A DNA stretch of 64,000 bases from Patescibacteria group bacterium (GTDB lineage Bacteria; Patescibacteriota; Patescibacteriia; UBA9934; GWF2-40-263): contig JAHJAM010000002.1 of assembly GCA_018814025.1 (NCBI GenBank), positions 2,798 through 66,797 of the forward strand, in the 5' to 3' direction. The notes below the pieces were generated by a model, which was given only the letters and a program-made list of their open reading frames with translations, was not told where the DNA came from and did no database searches. Shown piece after piece: positions 58,113 to 64,000 of this stretch. Positions within the stretch are counted from its first letter, which is position 1. Each line of letters begins with the position of its first letter. A program made the position numbers and the translations under genes.

Positions 58113-58832
58113 ATGCTTGACAAATCCGCGTTTGCGTGCCTCAATAGGCAGGTTCCGAACCCGGAGGATGCAATGGTTGCAGCAACAAGGGATTCAGGAC
58201 TCGCGGCTTTGGATCAACGGATGGAAGAATGTTCTCTGGCTATTCGTCGTTTTGACCGTAAGATTAGCCAAGCTAAGCTCGCGACTCTGGTCGGACGGCT
58301 GCGCCCGGTCATGAAATCATTGGTGCAAGAAAGTTTTTTTCGGCGCGACGCCAGCCGGCCTGATTTAGCGGAACTGGGCTTGGCTTTGGCCTCAATCTTA
58401 GAAAAGCCGGTGCGTAAGATTATCCCGGTGTCAGCCAGGCACGGTCTCGTCTCATCCGAAGGCGAAAATTTTGGTGGACCGTGCGAGGACGCGGCCATCT
58501 GGAAAACCAAGCTCTATCAGATTTACGCCAAGCACGAGATGTGGCTTTGGCCGCTGATCAGCAACCATGACAGCCTGCACTGCGGCTATGAAGGGCTGCG
58601 GCGTCTGTTCCTTAATGAAATCAGTAGACAAGCGCCAAATCGTCTGGAAGCCATGCTGCATGAGACCGCGGATGCCATGGTTTGGTCCATTGATTTTTAT
58701 CTGGCCTTCGCCTTGGCCAACAATCAGCGCTGTCTGGATTATTTCGGACGATTGATCCAGCAGTTCCCGGCCGCGGTGCCAGTGCGCGAGCGGCGTAACC
58801 GTTCCGGCGAGTGGTATGTGATCGTCCGATAA
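58113..58832 (+). CDS. hypothetical protein (GC-rich)
   Basis: 239-aa ORF flanked by hairpin terminators at 58091-58118 and 58837-58870. It is more GC-rich than its surroundings. Confidence 0.4.
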   Translation: MLDKSAFACLNRQVPNPEDAMVAATRDSGLAALDQRMEECSLAIRRFDRKISQAKLATLVGRLRPVMKSLVQESFFRRDASRPDLAELGLALASILEKPVRKIIPVSARHGLVSSEGENFGGPCEDAAIWKTKLYQIYAKHEMWLWPLISNHDSLHCGYEGLRRLFLNEISRQAPNRLEAMLHETADAMVWSIDFYLAFALANNQRCLDYFGRLIQQFPAAVPVRERRNRSGEWYVIVR

Positions 58833-58870
58833 CTCAGGCCCTGGGAAATCCCGGGGCTTTTTTGTTTGTT

Positions 58871-59120
58871 CCGCGAATATGTTATAGTTGAAGCAGCTCC
58901 TCATGACGCTGAATTTGGGCTAAATACTTGCCTAGAGCTTGGAGCCGCGTCGACCGTGGTTGGCGCGTGAGAGCTCAGCAGAGAAGCAGATTTCTATCGA
59001 TACTTCGTAAGAACTATCGAGCGAATGAAGTGCCCTTCGGGGTGTTCTCAATTATCATCTAGCCAAGTATCAGCGCGTGTGGAGTTTAAAAAACACCCTC
59101 GGTGACGAGGGTGTTTTTCA
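58871..59120 (+). ncRNA. candidate small RNA (~220-250 nt) between two terminators
   Basis: The region has no ORF on either strand. An upstream TTTGTT-16-TATAGT candidate promoter is present. There is an internal GCCC-TTCG-GGG(T) hairpin, and a terminator aaaaaacaccctcg-gtga-cgagggtgttttt lies at 59088-59120. Confidence 0.25.
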
Positions 59121-59152
59121 TTCACATATGATGCGATCGCATCATATGTGAA
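59121..59152. repeat. 32-bp perfect palindrome TTCACATATGATGCGATCGCATCATATGTGAA
   Basis: Perfect dyad with a GCGATCGC core (HIP1-like octamer), immediately after a terminator. Confidence 0.8.
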
Positions 59153-59156
59153 TGTT

Positions 59157-59519
59157 TTATTCGTAACAATGTTTGGATTTGAGATAATCAGTCAGCGACG
59201 GAGCCGCGCCGGCTTTAATTTCATCCACTCGATTTTGTCCTAAGGCTTCGACTGAACAAGCTTCTTGTGTCGGAGTGACCTGGGTGGGGATGTCTTGCGG
59301 ATCGATCCCGACTGATTCCAGCATTATTTCCTGTTCGGTATTTAAAAGCGGATGATCGTAAGCACTTTCCGTGGGCGGGCTGATCAGCGCTTTGGGAATT
59401 TGGGTCACATTGATGCCAAAAGGTTTGACAATTGCCAGAACCACGATGGCGACGATGAATAAGACAATCAGCCCGGCCGCGATTATTCCCAGAATCATCA
59501 GGATTTTTTTCATATTCAT
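59157..59519 (-). CDS. hypothetical membrane-anchored protein
   Basis: N-terminal TM (ILMILGIIAAGLIVLFIVAIVVLAIV) followed by a soluble tail. Confidence 0.45.
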   Translation of the reverse strand: MNMKKILMILGIIAAGLIVLFIVAIVVLAIVKPFGINVTQIPKALISPPTESAYDHPLLNTEQEIMLESVGIDPQDIPTQVTPTQEACSVEALGQNRVDEIKAGAAPSLTDYLKSKHCYE

Positions 59520-59524
59520 AAATC

Positions 59525-59902
59525 TTAATTATTAACGACACTCAGGACATCGATATAAAAAGTTGAACCTTGCGGACTTTTTACTTCAAGGGCGTCGGCA
59601 AGATTAATGGTTCCTTGACCGCGGCTATTTTCGAATAGTTGTTTGCCATTTCGAACATATAGGACATTGGCTTGAGCAAAGAGCGGGATTTTTTTAATAT
59701 CCTGATTGGCCAGCGTCACGAAAAGGTTTCCGGCCTGATCGGTTGACCATTCGGCTTGAATGGTTTCACGGCCAATGAATAAAATTTCGTTTTCGCTTTG
59801 AAAGATGCCGTTATCGTAGTGCGGGGCGGTAAACTCGGCTTGCTGATCGGTACAGCCGGCGCCGAGAGTCACCAGGAGAGCAAAAATGAGAAAGTAGCGC
59901 AT
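59525..59902 (-). CDS. putative lipoprotein
   Basis: The re-set start MRYFLIFALLVTLGAGC gives a lipobox (L-G-A-G-C), and a TATAAT box lies upstream on the minus strand. Confidence 0.45.
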   Translation of the reverse strand: MRYFLIFALLVTLGAGCTDQQAEFTAPHYDNGIFQSENEILFIGRETIQAEWSTDQAGNLFVTLANQDIKKIPLFAQANVLYVRNGKQLFENSRGQGTINLADALEVKSPQGSTFYIDVLSVVNN

Positions 59903-59967
59903 AAAAAAAAGATAAATGATTGATTGGAATATTATAGCATCTTCCGGCGTTTTTTCTGAGACAAGGT

Positions 59968-59996
59968 TTGACAATTAGGGAATCATGACTCATAAT
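59968..59996 (+). promoter_or_regulatory. rlmN promoter TTGACA-17-CATAAT (near-leaderless)
   Basis: Consensus -35 and good -10 with 17-nt spacing. The -10 ends 8 nt before the rlmN ATG (60005), which implies a leaderless or very short-leader mRNA. Confidence 0.45.
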
Positions 59997-60004
59997 CAGG
60001 CGTT

Positions 60005-61033
60005 ATGTTGAATCGTTTGGAAACAATCAAAGAGCTGTTCCCCAAGGCCCAGAATTTCCGTCTCAAGCAAATTGAGTGCGCGGTTTTTGATGCCGCAATT
60101 TCCGGCTGGGAAGAAGTGACCACTTTACCGCAAGCGGATCGCCAGCTATTGATCGAAAAAGTGCCGTGGGTTTCATATCGGGCCGCGGAGACTTTTGGGG
60201 ATATCGAAGACGATGTCATCAAAGCGCTTTTGACTTTGTCGGATGATGCCAAGATTGAAACCGTGCTGATGCGCAATCGGCGCGGGCACTGGAGCGTTTG
60301 CGTTTCCACACAAGTGGGCTGCGCCATGCGCTGCGTTTTTTGCGCCACGGGCAAGATGGGGTTGAAACGTAATTTAACTTCGGATGAGATTGTGGATCAG
60401 CTGCGGTTTTGGCAAAAGTATTTGCTGACAAATTTGGGTGATGAGGAACGGATTACTAACGTGGTGTACATGGGGATGGGCGAGCCAATGAATAATTATG
60501 AAGCCGTCAAAGATTCTTTAAACCGAATTTTGCTGAACACGGAAATCGGGGAAACGCGGATTACGGTTTCCACGGTTGGCGTGCTGCCGCGCCTGGATCA
60601 AATTTTGGATGATGAAGATTGGCCGCCGGTGCGTTTGGCTATTTCCTTGCACAGCGCGCAAAATGAGGTGCGGAAACAATTAATGCCGTCTTCTTATGAT
60701 GATTTTTTGCCTAAACTGGCAGATTGGGCTCGGCGCTATAATCAGAAATTCGGCAATCGCCGCCATCATTTAACTTTTGAATATATTATGTTGGCGGGCG
60801 TGAATGACAGTTCGCAAGCGGCCGAGGCTCTAGCGGATTATGTGCTTAAAATTGATAATGTGCGCGTTAACTTGATTCCATATAACGCCAGCGGCGCGGA
60901 TTATGAAGGCAGTTCCGAAGAAACTTTAGAGCGGTTCATGTCGGTCTTGGAACAGAGGGATGTAACCGTGACCGTGCGCCGGTCGCAAGGCCAGGAGATC
61001 GCCGCGGCCTGCGGACAATTAGCCGGAAAATAA
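60005..61033 (+). CDS. rlmN: 23S rRNA/tRNA (adenine-C2)-methyltransferase, radical SAM
   Basis: CVSTQVGCAMRCVFCATG matches the Cx3Cx2C motif, together with the C-terminal Cys. Confidence 0.9.
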   Translation: MLNRLETIKELFPKAQNFRLKQIECAVFDAAISGWEEVTTLPQADRQLLIEKVPWVSYRAAETFGDIEDDVIKALLTLSDDAKIETVLMRNRRGHWSVCVSTQVGCAMRCVFCATGKMGLKRNLTSDEIVDQLRFWQKYLLTNLGDEERITNVVYMGMGEPMNNYEAVKDSLNRILLNTEIGETRITVSTVGVLPRLDQILDDEDWPPVRLAISLHSAQNEVRKQLMPSSYDDFLPKLADWARRYNQKFGNRRHHLTFEYIMLAGVNDSSQAAEALADYVLKIDNVRVNLIPYNASGADYEGSSEETLERFMSVLEQRDVTVTVRRSQGQEIAAACGQLAGK

Positions 61034-61046
61034 AAATCAGCCTTAT

Positions 61047-61155
61047 AATTCGTCATTGTGAGGAAGGAGTTTCAATCGACTGACGAAGCAATTTTGAATG
61101 ACTTGAGATTGCTTCGCTCGATAAATTACTCGCTCGCCATGACGAAGAATTTCTG
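61047..61155. repeat. structured repeat element, copy 2
   Basis: See copy 1. Its 3' portion supplies the last ~10 codons and the stop of the minus-strand gene 61126..61602. Confidence 0.7.
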
Positions 61156-61602
61156 GGGCTGATTGTATATTTGAGTAAAATCACTGACGATTTGCGGTTT
61201 CATACCCAGGATTTCTTCCCGATAATCCAGATCCGGGATCTCGAACATCAGATAAATCGGCTTTTGCAAATGGCAGGCCAGGCCCATTTCCATGAGTGTG
61301 TTGGCGCCGATGTAGCCTTTGATGCCTCTTTTTTCGTAATTGGTCACGACGATTATGTCTGACCAAATCACTTTGTCGAAATGAGCGCGCATGGAGCGTT
61401 CTTTTTGGTCCCAAACCCAAGCGGCATCATCGCCGGATTCTTTTCGAAGTTTATAATAATCCGCCACGGCCATGGGCCGGCCGTCCGGTCCAGGGATTTC
61501 GTGCGGTGGCAGGCGAACTTCGTGGCCCAGCTCTTCGAGTTGTTTTTGCGCGGCCAGCATTTCATTGTAAAAAGCAATGCTGCCGCAAAGCGTGATTTTC
61601 AT
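61126..61602 (-). CDS. nucleoside 2-deoxyribosyltransferase-like protein (putative)
   Basis: MKITLCGS...DIIVVT...GANTLMEMGLA...KPIYL parallels the NDT fold and the catalytic Glu region of Lactobacillus NDT (GLGMELGYA). Confidence 0.35.
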   Translation of the reverse strand: MKITLCGSIAFYNEMLAAQKQLEELGHEVRLPPHEIPGPDGRPMAVADYYKLRKESGDDAAWVWDQKERSMRAHFDKVIWSDIIVVTNYEKRGIKGYIGANTLMEMGLACHLQKPIYLMFEIPDLDYREEILGMKPQIVSDFTQIYNQPQKFFVMASE

Positions 61603-61645
61603 AGGAAAGTAGGTAGGGAAGAAGTAGGTAGGGTTAGAGGGGGTT
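61603..61645. repeat. dispersed motif AGGAAAGTAGGTAGGGAAGAAGTAGGTAGGGTTAGAGGGGG
   Basis: GTAGGTAGGG family, two tandem units. Confidence 0.7.
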
Positions 61646-62227
61646 TGAGATTAAATTATAGTGTTCCGGATTATTTCGATATAAGTATTCCATGACTTTG
61701 CCTCGGACAGGGTCGTTGTTAATACCAACTGATTCTGCATATTTGACGATTTGTTCGGAGGCAGCTTCGACTTCTTTTTGAGTTTCAACCATTAACTCGA
61801 TTTCAACTACATGATAACCGTAGTCGATTGTGTCGATACTGATGACATAATCATCTTTTTGATACATTTTTCTCTCTGTTTTTAGAGTAACAAACGGTTC
61901 GTAGCCAGCCATGGCAATATCATCAGCTATGTTTCCGGTGTTACCAAGATGCAGCTCCTCACGAATTTCGTCATCAGTTTCCAATTCTTTAAACTCGGTA
62001 GTGTTCCAATCTGGACGGCCAAGCTCGTTGAGCTTTTTGCTGACATTCACCTTGAGTTCGAAGCGGTCATTGCGCTGGCGCAGCCAAAGTCCGTTGGCGG
62101 TTAAGTCGTATTGCTCATTATCAAAATACGTATCAGTGTTGGTGACTTCTTTGACGAACTGCGCGCCCGCGATAAGCTTCGCTTCTTCTTCCGGGCTGAG
62201 TTGAAATTTTTTTTCAACCTCAATCAT
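61634..62227 (-). CDS. CYTH-domain protein (class IV adenylyl cyclase / triphosphatase-like)
   Basis: The N-terminal EVEKKF motif is characteristic of CYTH, and acidic residues recur on alternating positions of the beta strands. Confidence 0.55.
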   Translation of the reverse strand: MIEVEKKFQLSPEEEAKLIAGAQFVKEVTNTDTYFDNEQYDLTANGLWLRQRNDRFELKVNVSKKLNELGRPDWNTTEFKELETDDEIREELHLGNTGNIADDIAMAGYEPFVTLKTERKMYQKDDYVISIDTIDYGYHVVEIELMVETQKEVEAASEQIVKYAESVGINNDPVRGKVMEYLYRNNPEHYNLISNPL

Positions 62228-62229
62228 AG

Positions 62230-62619
62230 TTATGAAAAATTGACGATGATGGTGCGTTCTTTCGGGCCGTAGAACTCAACCAGAATGATGCGCTGATATG
62301 GCCCAAGAAGCATTTCATTGTTTTCGCAAGGAATTGCGATTGAGGTGCCAAGCAGCGAGCTCATGATGTGGTCGCCTACATGGCTGGGATCATGAGGGTG
62401 GCGATACTTAAGTTTCGGCACCATGGCTTCGTAAGCATCGAGCAGGTCTTGATCAGTGCCCGGGTCCAGATCGGCCGTGGTTAAAGCGGCCGAGGTGTGG
62501 GGGAGAAATACATGGACGAGATTGAAGCCGTTGGCGTGCTGTTTAACTAAATCTTCGATTTGCGGGGTGAGATCTACGACTTCGTTCTCTGTTTTGGTGC
62601 TGATGACCAATTTATTCAT
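62230..62619 (-). CDS. YjbQ/UPF0047 family protein (secondary thiamine-phosphate synthase-like)
   Basis: VFLPHTSAALT and the overall ~130-aa length. Confidence 0.65.
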   Translation of the reverse strand: MNKLVISTKTENEVVDLTPQIEDLVKQHANGFNLVHVFLPHTSAALTTADLDPGTDQDLLDAYEAMVPKLKYRHPHDPSHVGDHIMSSLLGTSIAIPCENNEMLLGPYQRIILVEFYGPKERTIIVNFS

Positions 62620-62661
62620 ATAAGTTTATTTTAATTTCATCCCCAGCATATCTTTTTGCGG

Positions 62662-62691
62662 GCGGACAAGCAAGAGGAGAAGTGCTATAAT
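62662..62691 (+). promoter_or_regulatory. pilT promoter with extended -10 (TGcTATAAT)
   Basis: cGGACA-17-TGcTATAAT, about 28 nt upstream of the pilT ATG. Confidence 0.45.
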
Positions 62692-62718
62692 ATTGGTAAT
62701 TATTTTATTGAAGGCAAT

Positions 62719-63756
62719 ATGTTAATCGACACAGTTTTAGAAACAGCCGTGAAGCACCGAGCTTCAGACATCCACTTTGCGGTCGGCTTGAAACCGTTCA
62801 TCCGCGTGGACGGCCAGCTTTTTGAATTAAAAAAGGAATCGCCGGTGACTAATAAAATCATCAGTGATTTCATCAACTCAGTTTTAACCAAGGAGCAACT
62901 GGCGATCATGGAAGAGCGCAAGGGCATGGATTTTGTTTATGCGGCCGCGGATAGTGTGCGCATCCGCGTCAACGTGCATTTTGAAAAAGGCAATTTGGGT
63001 TTGGTGGGGCGGATTATTCCGGCCACGATTCCAACCATGGAAGATATCGATTGTCCGGATATTCTTTACGAATTTATTAAACAAGAGTCAGGTTTGATTT
63101 TAGTGACCGGGCCGGCCGGTTCAGGCAAATCCACCACTTTGGCGGCCATGATCAGGAAGATTAATGAAGAGCGCTCCGCCAACATTATCACCTTGGAAGA
63201 CCCGATCGAGTATTTGCATACGCCCAAGAATTCGATTATCAAACAGCGCGAGCTGGGCGTGGATATGATTTCGTTCGAAGAGGCTTTGCGCCAAGCTTTG
63301 CGCGAGGATCCGAACGTGGTGATGGTGGGAGAAATGCGGGATTTGGAAACTATTTCCACGACCGTGACCGTGGCCGAAACCGGACACTTGGTGCTGGCCA
63401 CCTTGCATACGCACAACGCGCCGCAGGCCATTGACCGCATCATCGATATGTTTCCACCTTCCCAACAAGGACAGATTAAAATGCAGTTGTCTTTGTCTTT
63501 GAAGTGCGTGGTCTCGCAGAAGCTGGTGCCGCGCGAGGGCGGGGGACGCGTGGCCATTCGAGAGGTGATGGTGAATTCGCCGGCCGTGGCCAACTTGATC
63601 CGTTTGGGCAAAGTCGAGCAGATCGCCAGCGTGATTGAAACCGGTTCCCAGCAAGGCATGATGAGCTATAAGTTCGCGTTCCGCGAGGCCGAGAAAAAAG
63701 GCTGGGTTTCCAAAGCCACCGCGAAGTTTTATACCGAGAATCCGTTTTCCGCGTAA
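62719..63756 (+). CDS. pilT: type IV pilus retraction ATPase PilT
   Basis: Walker A (LVTGPAGSGKSTTLAAMI), Asp box and His box. The start was re-set to MLIDTVLETAVKHRASDIHF. Confidence 0.9.
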   Translation: MLIDTVLETAVKHRASDIHFAVGLKPFIRVDGQLFELKKESPVTNKIISDFINSVLTKEQLAIMEERKGMDFVYAAADSVRIRVNVHFEKGNLGLVGRIIPATIPTMEDIDCPDILYEFIKQESGLILVTGPAGSGKSTTLAAMIRKINEERSANIITLEDPIEYLHTPKNSIIKQRELGVDMISFEEALRQALREDPNVVMVGEMRDLETISTTVTVAETGHLVLATLHTHNAPQAIDRIIDMFPPSQQGQIKMQLSLSLKCVVSQKLVPREGGGRVAIREVMVNSPAVANLIRLGKVEQIASVIETGSQQGMMSYKFAFREAEKKGWVSKATAKFYTENPFSA

Positions 63757-63795
63757 GCAAACAGCCCCGCTCGCGGGGCTGTTTTTGTGATTGGA
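63757..63795 (+). terminator. rho-independent terminator
   Basis: aaacagccccgc-tcgc-ggggctgtttttgtg. Confidence 0.6.
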
Positions 63796-63806
63796 TGATT
63801 AGACTT

Positions 63807-63998
63807 TTAAAAGCGGAAGAGAAAAGTTCCCAGGTAGTCCGTGATCAGATTTTCCAGAGGCACTAAAAGCCGCTGGCTCCGCAATTCTTGGCCTTTTTGA
63901 CTCCACTCGTCAAGCCCGCGGTATTCCATTTCCAGAATATAGTCATCCAGCACCTGGGTTTGCGCGCTTAGGTCCGGCAATGAACCGGCATAACGGGC
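63807..63998 (-). CDS. partial CDS (C-terminal 63 aa), product unknown; the gene continues past the window edge
   Basis: An open frame runs from the window edge to a TAA at 63807-63809 (revcomp); the translation ends ...LITDYLGTFLFRF. It is not in the ORF track because it lacks a start. Confidence 0.3.
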   Translation of the reverse strand, partial: ARYAGSLPDLSAQTQVLDDYILEMEYRGLDEWSQKGQELRSQRLLVPLENLITDYLGTFLFRF

Positions 63999-64000
63999 GG

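Overview
The window looks like a small-genome bacterial chromosome segment, probably a CPR/Patescibacteria-like lineage, with about 50% GC and translation in code 11 (TGA is used as a stop). It is densely packed with housekeeping genes. Recognisable genes include ftsX, an archaeal-type NMN adenylyltransferase, and uvrB-uvrA plus uvrC, which is separated from them by a GC-rich insert encoding three tandem-repeat proteins. A partial cell-division cluster follows (mraZ-rsmH-ftsL-like), then an ECF sigma factor, cysS, a VirD4/TraG-like ATPase, dnaX, a CPA2 antiporter, rimK, dus, lepA, recJ, rnhA and a type IV pilus set (pilM, receiver-domain protein, pilin, pilD, and pilT further downstream). The remainder includes ligA, gatC-gatA, lgt, msrB-msrA, dnaG-rpoD, a second ECF sigma factor and rlmN. 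I found three tRNAs: two tRNA-Gln (UUG and CUG) and tRNA-Ser(GGA). There is no rRNA and no CRISPR array. Seven things stand out. First, a minus-strand accessory island (13.6-17.1 kb) carries three divergent tautomerase-superfamily paralogs plus small membrane ORFs, bracketed by two paralogous proteins of unknown function. Second, two families of short dispersed intergenic repeats are present: the TAG-containing GGTAGGTAGGGAA / TAGAAAG family and a GGAGCTAA 9-mer array family. The first family overlaps the stop codons of uvrB, ligA and the CaCA antiporter gene and sits in-frame inside dnaX. Third, a roughly 115-bp structured repeat element occurs in two copies. Fourth, there are long perfect palindromes with a CGATCG core. 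Fifth, a roughly 310-nt ORF-free, terminator-bounded region with its own promoter upstream of tRNA-Ser is a candidate ncRNA. Sixth, a large palindrome abuts the pilin start codon. Seventh, an AT-rich orphan gene encodes a winged-helix plus Cas2-like protein. All calls rest on reading the sequence and motif recall; no database searches were run.
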